A stretch of 32,000 nucleotides of DNA from Ignicoccus islandicus DSM 13165 (GCF_001481685.1 NZ_CP006867.1:240001-272000), one strand, 5' to 3'; shown: positions 1-8,580, numbered from the stretch's first letter. Notes: generated by a model from the letters alone, not told the origin. Numbers and translations: made by a program.

Positions 1-710
1 ATAGACTTCAAAGTTTCTACAATTTTCTTCCTCTGTTCTGCCTTCACGGACTTCTTCTCGACGTATGCTCTCTCGATAGGATCTCTACTTTTTTCCACCA
101 TCTGAACTAGCAAATCTTCGTTTATTGAGCCTATTACGTACTTTGGAGCAATATGGCCGATGGAATTAATTCCTTCAAAACACCTCTTTGCAGCTCTCTT
201 ATTGTAATGAGGTCCGCCTATCCATATTGCGGAAGGGAGGTCTTCCATTTCCTCGTAGTTTAAGACGGCCTTCGCGAGTATATCGTGATTCCTTGGATCG
301 GTCCAGTCTTCTAACGATGAGCCAATCTCTATAAAGACAATGCCCTTATTTATGGTCGGACCGTGGTGAGTTGCCTCGTAAACCACTTCGTAGTCCTCGC
401 GATAGTTGTACTTGCTCAACGCGTTCAAGAGCTTACATCCGATCTTTGGTAAAGCTATTGAAAGCGTTCTCGGTTGACCACCTAGTTTGGCTTCATCTGA
501 GAAGTTCCCTGTGAAGTGGACCGTGAAGGCCTTGACCCTTTTCTCGCTCGAATGTCTTGACAATACTATGAAGTCGTCTCCTTCGACTTCGCTGAAATCG
601 GAAAACGGAGCGTCTCTAGAGAGCGGATAAACTTCTATGCCTTCCTTCATTAGACGTTCTGCAACGCCCTTAGCGGCCGGGTCGTTGGGACTGTAAACTA
701 TCTTCAACAA
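1..710 (-). CDS. dtdA: D-aminoacyl-tRNA deacylase, archaeal DTD2 type (N-terminal ~235 codons; C-terminus runs off the left edge)
   Basis: Absent from the ORF track because it is open to the window edge. My minus-strand translation from TTG at 710/707 reads LKIVYSPNDPAAKGVAERLMKEG...FTVHFTGNF...VVYEATHHGPTINKGIVFIEIGSS...IWIGGPHYNKRA... and stays open to position 1. The HFTGN and ATHHGP blocks are typical of the DTD2/GEK1 family. Confidence 0.65.
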   Translation of the reverse strand, partial: MLKIVYSPNDPAAKGVAERLMKEGIEVYPLSRDAPFSDFSEVEGDDFIVLSRHSSEKRVKAFTVHFTGNFSDEAKLGGQPRTLSIALPKIGCKLLNALSKYNYREDYEVVYEATHHGPTINKGIVFIEIGSSLEDWTDPRNHDILAKAVLNYEEMEDLPSAIWIGGPHYNKRAAKRCFEGINSIGHIAPKYVIGSINEDLLVQMVEKSRDPIERAYVEKKSVKAEQRKKIVETLKS

Positions 711-862
711 GCTTCGTTCCCCGCCTTCCTTCAGTACGTTAAGTTAATCTAGTAGAAGCATCTGTCTTCTTTGAACTTATAGGTCCTTGTTTAATATCAT
801 CCAAACCCTAATTGAAGCTTCATTCAATAAAGGTAAAACGAAATGCTCTATCTATGGAATCT

Positions 863-1348
863 CATTCACCATCCCATGGTGAATTCTCATCTCCACCTCT
901 TGTCCAAATTTAATTTTCCATTTACTTACAATTAATTCACTCATTTCCTCAACCCTAACCATTTACGAAAAGAAACAATGGTCTCCTTAAGTACCTTCAG
1001 TTTCTACTAGACTTCCCAATTGTTAATTCCATTTCAATCCAATCATTCAACGTCGTATTTTCAAAACCAAATGTAATTTACCACTCTAGAGCTTAGACCA
1101 TCAGTACAAGCCCATTTCAAGATCGATCTTTACAATGAGAAGAAGCTTAGAGGGGTTAATAAGCGATCATGGGAACTCTGATGATCATGGGGATTTCTAC
1201 TCCAGCCTACCTTATACAAGCATATTCATGCATATATTGGACAACTACTTGAGTTCAAGTTCGAAGAGGGAAGGTGTGAATGTGGAAAGACAGATGAAGG
1301 GAAAGGGTTAAAAGATGGGGAATTGGTTGTTTAAATAGGAGGGTAACG
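863..1348 (+). promoter_or_regulatory. CRISPR leader 1 (486 bp), paralogous to 11737-12222
   Basis: AT-rich and non-coding, directly abutting repeat 1. Alignable over its full length with the sequence upstream of array 2. TATA-like TTTAAATA at 1330-1337 begins 19 nt before the first repeat. A 9-bp perfect inverted repeat sits at the distal edge (864-884). Confidence 0.75.
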
Positions 1349-2246
1349 GTAGAGTCCCAATAGGGAGTGGAAAGACCCTGTAAATTCAAGGCTAACGAAA
1401 AAGTATATGCAGTCGTAGAGTCCCAATAGGGAGTGGAAAGGAGGTTGAGTTTTAAACTTGGGTGGAGTATTAAAGCGAGTAGAGTCCCAATAGGGAGTGG
1501 AAAGCTTGTTCAGCTTTACTCTACCATTGATAACGAGCCAAGCAAGTAGAGTCCCAATAGGGAGTGGAAAGTACATTTGTTCGGCTTGGGGCTGTAATCC
1601 TATATAATTTTGTAGAGTCCCAATAGGGAGTGGAAAGTCGGCCTCGAGCCCCCTCGGGGCTTTAAGAGTCCCGTTTTCCTTGTAGAGTCCCAATAGGGAG
1701 TGGAAAGCCTCATCAACCAAAGCTGATAAAATTGCAGTGTATACTAACGTAGAGTCCCAATAGGGAGTGGAAAGAAGGAAATTGTAAAGCCACCTTAATT
1801 CGTCAAGCGTAAGTTTCGGGTAGAGTCCCAATAGGGAGTGGAAAGGGTGATTCTAATTTCGGCCTCGGCAAAGGACGGTACCTAGTAGAGATCCAAGAGG
1901 GAGTGGAAAGATCGATGGCAACGGTCGTTTTCGAAGCAATGAATGGCAGAAGTAGAGATCCAATAGGGAATAGAAAGGAAACCGCATTTAACGTCAGCGT
2001 CGCGTTGCACATTATTCTGTAGAATCCCAATAGGGAATAGAAAGATCGAAGAGAAGGTGGCTGAGCTGAAAGCAAAGTACAACGTTAGTAGAGTCCCAAT
2101 AGGGAATAGAAAGCCTGGTGTCATTGACTCTGTGTTTAATAAAGTTTTAACAAGTAGAATCCCAATAGGGAATAGAAAGCAGTACTAGTCTCTAATCATA
2201 CCGTTCTCATAAATAGAACAGTAGGGATCCAAGATGGAATAGAAAA
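1349..2246 (+). CRISPR. CRISPR array 1: 14 repeats of 26 nt, 13 unique spacers of 38-45 nt
   Basis: Repeats start at 1349, 1415, 1479, 1546, 1612, 1682, 1749, 1820, 1885, 1952, 2019, 2088, 2154 and 2221. Repeats 1-8 are GTAGAGTCCCAATAGGGAGTGGAAAG. Repeats 10-13 are GTAGAATCCCAATAGGGAATAGAAAG or close variants, and repeat 14 is degenerate (GTAGGGATCCAAGATGGAATAGAAAA). There is an internal TCCC/GGGA mini-hairpin. Orientation follows from the GAAAG 3' end, the upstream leader with TATA box, and repeat decay at the far end. Confidence 0.95.
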
Positions 2247-2433
2247 AAGGAGTTTCATAGTTACCAGCTCTCGTATCTCTCAACTCCTTGTCAAAATAAT
2301 CCGTATGTAGAGAATACGTTACTACCTTACCTATTTCCTTGAAATCGAACAATGGGTCAGAAAGACATCGAACGTGAGCTAGATACTAGCCCTTTTTTAC
2401 TTCGTTCCAATCCAGAGAGGTCGGTGGACCTCA

Positions 2434-3147
2434 ATGGCTGCTCAGAAGGGCGACGTCGTAGTTCTAGACTACGTCTTGAAGCTAAAGGATACTGGAGAAG
2501 TAATAGACACCACCTTAGAGGAAGTAGCTAAGGAGAGCGGTATATATAAAGAAGGTACCAAGTACGAACCTTTCGTAGTAGTTCTCGGCGAGGGTAGGTT
2601 GATACAAGGAATTGAAGAAGCCGTCGAAGGCATGGAAAAGGGCCAAGAAAAGGAGGTGGAAATTCCTCCAGAGAAGGCTTTCGGACCTAGGGATCCAAGT
2701 AAGATAAGGAGGTATACTGTAAACGAATTCAGGAAAGCGGGAATAAGGAACGTATATCCGGGTATGGTCGTTGAAATAGGGAACAACGTAGGCGTTGTTA
2801 AGGCAGTAAGTGGCGGTAGAGTGATAGTTGACTTCAACCACCCCTACGCTGGTAAGACCTTAGTAGCTAAGATAATACTAAAGGACATAATAAAGGACGA
2901 GAAGGAGAAGATTAAAGCATTAGTAAAGAGAAGGATGAAGGACGCTGAAGTAGAAATAAGCGACGGTAAGGTAGTGATAAAGGTTCCAGAGAAGTACTTA
3001 CTGGCTGAAGGTCTCCAATTAGCGAAGCTATCGATAGTCAATGACCTCTTTAGGTATACGAACGTTAAAGAGGTTGCGTTCATAGAGGAAATCAAGAAGA
3101 GGGAAGAGAAGGCTGAGACGCAAGAGTCTCAAGAGAGCTCCTCCTAA
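2434..3147 (+). CDS. FKBP-type peptidyl-prolyl cis-trans isomerase, long archaeal form with IF (insert-in-flap) and C-terminal domains
   Basis: 237 aa. GDVVVLDY...GEVIDTT...EPFVVVLGEGRLIQGIEEAVEGMEKGQEKEVEIPPEKAFGPRD...VDFNHPYAGKTL is the classic SlyD/archaeal FKBP signature. Confidence 0.85.
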   Translation: MAAQKGDVVVLDYVLKLKDTGEVIDTTLEEVAKESGIYKEGTKYEPFVVVLGEGRLIQGIEEAVEGMEKGQEKEVEIPPEKAFGPRDPSKIRRYTVNEFRKAGIRNVYPGMVVEIGNNVGVVKAVSGGRVIVDFNHPYAGKTLVAKIILKDIIKDEKEKIKALVKRRMKDAEVEISDGKVVIKVPEKYLLAEGLQLAKLSIVNDLFRYTNVKEVAFIEEIKKREEKAETQESQESSS

Positions 3148-3162
3148 TACTAAAATAAAAAT

Positions 3163-3681
3163 TCAGAAATGACCTTGCGGTCTTATTTCAACGGGCGCGT
3201 CTAGTAGCTCACTTAACACTTTCTCCAATTCCTCCTTTGGGGCGGGCCACCTCTTCCCCTTCCTGTCAACCCTTATTACGTACTTCTGAGTGCCATCGGG
3301 AGTCCAGACTATGTTGACTCCTCTTACGTCCAAAGGTATTAGCAATTGGGCAGCCATTTCCCTTGGATCGGCTCCCTTAACTACTACCCTAACCTTTCTA
3401 TTCAATTCCCTAGATAGGGCTTGACGTATCCTCCTAACTACGTCCTTGTCCCAATCGGGTAGTTTGAGTACTATTACTAATAGGTCGCCTAAGTCGTAGC
3501 TCTTAACGTACTCCGCGTCCTTCAGCTCCTTTATCCTTTCTTCCAAATCCAAAAGCTTCCTCATTATATCTACTTCGTATTCCTTCACTAAACCGCTACT
3601 AACTTTCCTCTGACAGCTCGGACAAAGAATACCGGTCTTGACGCATATAGTGTCTAATGGTATCTTCAACCTTGGCATCAC
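3163..3681 (-). CDS. Zinc-ribbon plus KH-like (NusA-like) putative RNA-binding protein
   Basis: 172 aa. N-terminal CxxC (ILCPSCQRK) is followed by a region resembling the archaeal NusA-like KH-domain proteins (VRVVVKGADPREMAAQLL...VRGVNIVWTPDG). Family assignment is from memory only. Confidence 0.4.
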   Translation of the reverse strand: MMPRLKIPLDTICVKTGILCPSCQRKVSSGLVKEYEVDIMRKLLDLEERIKELKDAEYVKSYDLGDLLVIVLKLPDWDKDVVRRIRQALSRELNRKVRVVVKGADPREMAAQLLIPLDVRGVNIVWTPDGTQKYVIRVDRKGKRWPAPKEELEKVLSELLDAPVEIRPQGHF

Positions 3682-3968
3682 CTCACTGTCTCCAGTCTTA
3701 AGGTATGATCCATCTAAGCCAAGCCCTTACGCGGATTAATTAACGGTTTCTTCAAACCAACCCGCTAGTAAACCCAATTAAGCAATTCCTTTCCAGACTA
3801 CTGTGAAGGAACGGTCCCCCAATTCGTATTAACTAATTGACCGCTCGCGCATCTAGAGACGCTACCTTGAGCGAGTTACCTCGGAAGTTCCGTTAGCAAG
3901 GAGACGGAACTGAAATTCACCAATAGCCATTAAACTTCATTAAAGGTTACGAAGGGTGGAGGAACGGT

Positions 3969-5015
3969 TTGTCTGAAGACTTCGTTTTGAGAACTGAAGG
4001 GCTGAAGAAGTGGTACAAGATAGGGGGCATTTTCTCAGTAAAAGGTTACGTTAGAGCCGTGGACGGAGTGGACGTGACCATTAGGAAGGGCGAAGTTTAC
4101 TGCGTAGTAGGGGAGAGTGGGTGCGGAAAGAGTACTTTAGCTAGGACGATAATGGGATTGGAGGAAATTACCAGCGGAGAGATCTACTTTAACGCATCCC
4201 CATCAACCGCTAAGCTACTCGAGAAGAAGGGAGAAAAGGTACACGGGACTATTGTTAAGTACAGTGAGCTTTCCGAGAAGGGCTTGAGAATACTGAAAAG
4301 GGACATGCAAATGGTTTTCCAAGACCCCTACGCCAGCCTAGATCCCAAGATGAAAATATGGGAAATCGTCGCAGAGCCCGTCTTGGTTCACAAACTGGCG
4401 AGCAAGAAGAAGGCGAGGGAAATAGCGGCTCAAGCGTTAGAGAAAGTTAAGCTCGGAGAGGAGTTCCTAGACAGATATCCACACGAGCTCTCAGGTGGTC
4501 AGAAACAGAGAGTAATGATAGCAAGGGCTCTCAGTATAAGCCCTAAATTCATCGTAGCGGACGAGCCAGTATCCATGCTCGATGTATCCATAAGGGCCGA
4601 GATAATACACCTACTCAAGGAAATAAGGGACAAGGAGAACGTAAGCTTAATGGTTATAACTCACGACTTGGCTACAACTCCTCACTTATGCGACAGAATT
4701 GGAGTAATGTATCTCGGTAAGATAGTGGAAGAGGGGCCTACGCGAGAAGTGATAGAGAACCCGCTTCACCCATATACCAAAGCCTTGATGGCAGCCGTTC
4801 TAGAGCCCAGTCCAGAGAACAGGAAGAGGAGAATAGAGGTCCCAATTAAGGGCGAAGTTGGGGTCCCTCCGGAAAGGGGTTGTCGCTTCCTCCCTAGATG
4901 CGTCCTAGTTGATCAGATAGAGGGAATTAGGCCCATGTGTTCCGAAAAAGAGCCCCCGCTCGTCGGAGACGGGCATAAGGTAGCTTGTTGGGGCGCCAAG
5001 GAGGTTCATTCGTAG
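3969..5015 (+). CDS. ABC transporter ATP-binding protein, oligopeptide/dipeptide (OppF/DppF) type
   Basis: 348 aa. Walker A GESGCGKST, signature LSGGQKQR, Walker B FIVADEPVSMLD, H-loop ITHD. The Opp/Dpp-specific C-terminal extension is present (NPLHPYTKALMAA...CRFLPRC). Confidence 0.85.
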   Translation: MSEDFVLRTEGLKKWYKIGGIFSVKGYVRAVDGVDVTIRKGEVYCVVGESGCGKSTLARTIMGLEEITSGEIYFNASPSTAKLLEKKGEKVHGTIVKYSELSEKGLRILKRDMQMVFQDPYASLDPKMKIWEIVAEPVLVHKLASKKKAREIAAQALEKVKLGEEFLDRYPHELSGGQKQRVMIARALSISPKFIVADEPVSMLDVSIRAEIIHLLKEIRDKENVSLMVITHDLATTPHLCDRIGVMYLGKIVEEGPTREVIENPLHPYTKALMAAVLEPSPENRKRRIEVPIKGEVGVPPERGCRFLPRCVLVDQIEGIRPMCSEKEPPLVGDGHKVACWGAKEVHS

Positions 5016-5075
5016 TTGCGAACTGAGTGCATAGCTTTTAGTTTACCTATTGGTCAGCAACCTATAGGACGCTAG

Positions 5076-5603
5076 ATGGATTATAGTTATATGGAAAGAG
5101 AAAAGATTAAGGACGAATTCATATCTATGTTCGAAGCCTTTATGTTTGAAATAGTACCAGAGAAGTTGAGGAAGTTTTTCGGTGAGGGAGCTCTCATCGC
5201 TCTAATGTACGATATAGTTAAAGATGCGTCTAAGAAGACGATAACCCGTTACGCACCGAGGAACGTGGTTGAGGCGATAGAGTACGCTTTAAAGCTTCAG
5301 CAAACGGTCTTCGGTGACTTCGAATTCCAAATTAGAGAACTAGGAGGGAAGGTCTGCGTTGAAGTAATCAAGTGCCCTCACCAGAAGTACGTCGATGGAG
5401 CACCGTATAGGTGCGTTCCGTGTATAGCCATGATAGCTGGAGCGATCGAATCTACTGGAAAGAGGGTTCAAGTGAATTACTTCGGTAGGAAAGTGGGGGC
5501 TAGGGAGCCGCACGTTGTAATAAAGATCGAAAAACACAAGCCGTTAGGTCACGATAGGTGCTTACTAGAGGTTCTAGTGTCCGAAGACGCTGGTTCCGAG
5601 TAG
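5076..5603 (+). CDS. V4R-like Cys-rich domain protein (function unknown)
   Basis: 175 aa. Pattern VCVEVIKCP...CVPCIAMIAGAIES...HDRCLLEVLV resembles the V4R (4-vinyl reductase-like) small-molecule-binding domain. Same architecture as the ORF at 25100-25633. Confidence 0.4.
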   Translation: MDYSYMEREKIKDEFISMFEAFMFEIVPEKLRKFFGEGALIALMYDIVKDASKKTITRYAPRNVVEAIEYALKLQQTVFGDFEFQIRELGGKVCVEVIKCPHQKYVDGAPYRCVPCIAMIAGAIESTGKRVQVNYFGRKVGAREPHVVIKIEKHKPLGHDRCLLEVLVSEDAGSE

Positions 5604-6468
5604 ACCCTCCATTACGGTTCCGAAGACGTAGCTTCCGAACGCCGTTATCATCAGCAACGTTACGGTCTCTAAGTACTCCCTCTTGAAGTCTTTCTCATTT
5701 ATAACTGAGCTATAGTATATGAAACCTCCTAGGATAATCAACGCTATTAATAGAGAGGCTGCGAAGGCCGCCCAAATGTTATGTATAAGGAAATATGGTA
5801 GGGCCAATAGTATAACTGACAATAGGTATGAGAGGCCAGTGACGCCGGCGCTCAAGGGCGCCTTGACTTCCGGATCGTGCTTAGCTTGGACGTAAGCTGC
5901 TCCGGTCATTGAGAGGGAGGCGGAGAAGCCCACTATCAGACCAGCTAATCCCGCTAGCACGGTGTTTAGCTGTAGCGCCGAGGAAGCCGGCGTGTACTCC
6001 AGTGACCTCTACTACGGCATCGGCGAGGCCCAGGGCAACGTAACCTAGGTACTTAACCCTAGGGTCCTCCACTTCGCTCATTAGGGCCCGTTCGTGTTCC
6101 ATTTCCTCCTCCAGTATTTCCTCGAGTTCCTTTCTCAACTGCTCGTCCTTTATCATTTCCTTTATCTTCTTATAGCATTCGACTGCGTTCTTTTCCGATA
6201 ACTCCATTTTCTTTAAGACGAATTGGACGCCTAATAACTTAGCGATTAGTTTAACTTTCTTTAGATCCACCTTGGGAGGTTCACACCTACTTATTTTCCT
6301 CCAAAACTCGAAGTGTTTCCTCTCTTGTTCAGCTATCCTCTTCAACTTCTCAGCGTTCTCCTTGTTTTTCTCGAGGGAAGCTAGGTAGCTGTAGATAGTA
6401 TAGGACTCCCATTCCTCTCTACACATTTCCTTGCCTATTTCCTCTAGCGAAAGTTGAGCTGAACTCAT
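5574..6468 (-). pseudogene. Ferritin-like/VIT1 (CCC1 family) iron transporter, split by a frameshift near 5960-5975
   Basis: ORF 5881-6468 encodes a ferritin-like (CCC1_N) domain (ExxH-type helices: AEQERKHFEFW, EEEMEHERAL) and the start of the VIT1 domain (LGLADAVVEVTGVHAGFLGAT). It then reads out of frame. ORF 5574-5960 continues the VIT1 membrane domain in another frame (LAGLAGLIVGFSASLSMTGAAY... plus three further TM segments). Confidence 0.6.
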
Positions 6469-6484
6469 TGCAGTAACCCACCAC

Positions 6485-6706
6485 TTACTCCAGTTCCGCG
6501 AACCTTTCAGTTAAGGCCGCCCCTATTCCCGAAAGGACTGCTATCGTTACGCTACCTAGGCTTAAGCTGCTGGCCAAGGAAGGGTCAATGGAGCTCCCTA
6601 TGGCTGATACAATGAAGGCCACTGCTAAGGAAATAAGGAGAATTAGCGTTAGCGCGTCGTTGACTTTAGACCAAAGCCCCGCTGCCATTTCTATAACCGG
6701 TTTCAC
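6485..6706 (-). CDS. Small membrane protein (2 predicted TM helices), function unknown
   Basis: 73 aa, hydrophobic. Its start overlaps the stop of the upstream TatD-like gene by 4 nt, suggesting co-translation. Confidence 0.4.
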   Translation of the reverse strand: MKPVIEMAAGLWSKVNDALTLILLISLAVAFIVSAIGSSIDPSLASSLSLGSVTIAVLSGIGAALTERFAELE

Positions 6707-7566
6707 GTAGGTGGCTCCACCTTAAAGACCTTGACCACGTTCTCTACATTAACTCTATATAGGTAGTCCTCCTCAACCAAGCCGTTCTCTAAGAGTTCTT
6801 TTTGGTTCCTTGCCATCTCCCATGGGTAGACTACTATTCCCGGCCTCTTCGGATCGTCTATGTGGTCGCTCTCAATGATATACTCTGGAGGCAAGGAGAC
6901 GACGTTCTCTAAAAGACCTTTAACTCCCGGGACAGTGCACCTAACTCCCTCTTCGATAGCGTACCTAAGCGTCTTGCCCCTCAAGTGATGCATTACTATT
7001 CTATCTGAATTGGTACCGTATCTTTCAATTCGTTCTTTTATATCGATCACGCTTACCTTACCGCCTTGCTCCAAATGTAAATGAACCACGGCATCGAAGT
7101 CCTTTGAGATTTGGAACGCCCTATCCATTATTTTCTCTGCTATTACGACAGAGATCGGATGGGTCTTGTAGTGTTGTCTCCCAACCTCGCCTATCCCATC
7201 GAGCTTGCCTTCCCTTAACCCCTTCTCGACTAGTTCGAGGACCTTTAGGCCGAGTTCCAGTACCTCGTGGGGCTGCATTCTACCCATGAACTTATCCACG
7301 TCAGCTGGATGGAAGCCGAAGAGGCACGATGCCTTCAAGCCGGCTTTCCTCGCCTTCTCGCACTCCCTTACAGTAATCTCAAGCGCCTTCTCGTATCCCT
7401 CAAAGGTTGCTTCCAACCCGTAGTGCCACGGACTCAACCCCACTATTGCAACGAACCATCCGCCTTCTTCCCTGAACTTAGGAGCTATCTTCTCCATACC
7501 TAAACCCTTGACTGGATTGGAATGCGTGTGGCCGTCCGCAATAGGTACCATTGGCTTTAACCCCAA
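6703..7566 (-). CDS. TatD-related metal-dependent hydrolase (TIM-barrel, COG1099-like)
   Basis: 287 aa. N-terminal DGHTH metal-binding motif, then GIGEVG and HLHLEQGG / MHH histidine clusters typical of the amidohydrolase/TatD superfamily. Confidence 0.65.
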   Translation of the reverse strand: MGLKPMVPIADGHTHSNPVKGLGMEKIAPKFREEGGWFVAIVGLSPWHYGLEATFEGYEKALEITVRECEKARKAGLKASCLFGFHPADVDKFMGRMQPHEVLELGLKVLELVEKGLREGKLDGIGEVGRQHYKTHPISVVIAEKIMDRAFQISKDFDAVVHLHLEQGGKVSVIDIKERIERYGTNSDRIVMHHLRGKTLRYAIEEGVRCTVPGVKGLLENVVSLPPEYIIESDHIDDPKRPGIVVYPWEMARNQKELLENGLVEEDYLYRVNVENVVKVFKVEPPT

Positions 7567-7593
7567 GACCTCGCTGTCGCGTTAGCTGATTAA

Positions 7594-7908
7594 TTGAGCG
7601 CAGCTCCCGTTTGGAGGGAAAGCGAAATGGAAGAGTTCGTGGAAGGGTTGAAGGAGGCCTTTGAGAAGGTTCTGTGCGAATTTACGGGAGACTGTTACGT
7701 TTGTTACGCCAAGAGAGGCAATAGATGGTACGTTATCGGAGCTTCCGAAGGCTCGATCGCATACGCTAAGGTGGCCCCTTACGAGGACCTCCCTCCAATT
7801 CAGAACTGCGAAGGTTTGCTCGCTTATCCCAAGGGCTTATTCGCCTTCGCTAAGGACCAGCGAGAACTGGCCAAGAAGGTTATTGAGAAGGTTGAGAAAC
7901 TAGGGTAA
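7594..7908 (+). CDS. Hypothetical small protein (true start probably the ATG at 7627)
   Basis: 104-aa ORF with protein-like composition. Its 3' end overlaps the convergent ABC ATPase gene by 29 nt. No family recognised. Confidence 0.35.
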   Translation: MSAAPVWRESEMEEFVEGLKEAFEKVLCEFTGDCYVCYAKRGNRWYVIGASEGSIAYAKVAPYEDLPPIQNCEGLLAYPKGLFAFAKDQRELAKKVIEKVEKLG

Positions 7909-8509
7909 CGACTCTTTCCCCCTCCGTTACCCTATCGAGTTGACCCACGGGGGCAGTGTAGATAATTGCAGTTCCTCTCTCAACCTCTTCCTTTAAGAGA
8001 TTGAGGAGGGCCTCCTTACCCGGAGCGTCTAGCCCAACGAATGGTTCGTCCAAGAGGAGTACCTTAGGCGAATGGAGGAGCGCCCTGACTAGTTCTAACC
8101 TCTTCCTCCAACCGAAACTCAATTCCATTGCTTTCTGCATACTTCTCTTGTCTAGACCTACCTCCTTGCAAAGCCTCGTAGCTCTCTCCATAGAAACGCC
8201 GTAGAGCTTCGAAAAGAGTTCCAAGTTCTCCCTTACTGTTAACTCGTCGTAGGTCATATTGAAATGCATTACCACTCCCAATTTCCTCTTAGCGTTGAGG
8301 CTCCAAGGCGGTTCGCCGTCTACTAAGACTTCCCCGCTGCTAGGCCTCTCTATTCCAGAGGCTATCTTGAGTATTGTGGTTTTGCCGGAACCGTTAGGTC
8401 CTTCCAGCCTAATTACTTCCCCTTCTTCAACTACCATATCGAAGTCTTTCAAGACGTATCTATCTAAGTACCTTTTAGAGACTTTGTTGAAGACCAGTAT
8501 CTCCTTCAT
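7880..8509 (-). CDS. ABC transporter ATP-binding protein (short, CcmA/ABC-2-like)
   Basis: 209 aa. Walker A GPNGSGKTT, signature-like FGWRKRLEL, Walker B LLLDEPFVGLD. Confidence 0.8.
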   Translation of the reverse strand: MKEILVFNKVSKRYLDRYVLKDFDMVVEEGEVIRLEGPNGSGKTTILKIASGIERPSSGEVLVDGEPPWSLNAKRKLGVVMHFNMTYDELTVRENLELFSKLYGVSMERATRLCKEVGLDKRSMQKAMELSFGWRKRLELVRALLHSPKVLLLDEPFVGLDAPGKEALLNLLKEEVERGTAIIYTAPVGQLDRVTEGERVVTLVSQPSQ

Positions 8510-8580
8510 TTCAGCTCGGGAGTATTGGAAAGGGAGAAATAAAACGTTTTCAGCAAGACTATCCTTAGGGGAAAGGCCTA

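Noticed and set aside
1638-1884. Array 1 spacers 5 and 8 share the 9-mer TCGGCCTCG; spacer 5 also contains AGAGTCCC, identical to repeat positions 3-10
   Set aside because: Matches of 8-9 nt among about 24 spacers of ~40 nt are within chance expectation. No extended similarity.
1331-2124. Minus-strand ORFs 1331-1831, 1803-2075 and 1882-2124 from the ORF track
   Set aside because: They are translations of CRISPR array 1. The periodic SLLGLY / PIGTL / PYWDST peptides are simply the repeat read in three frames.
3887-3910. Perfect 7-bp hairpin GTTCCGT-N10-ACGGAAC in the 287-bp gap upstream of the OppF-like gene; possible sRNA or riboswitch
   Set aside because: A single short hairpin with no flanking C/D or H/ACA boxes and no recognisable riboswitch core. 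Insufficient evidence.
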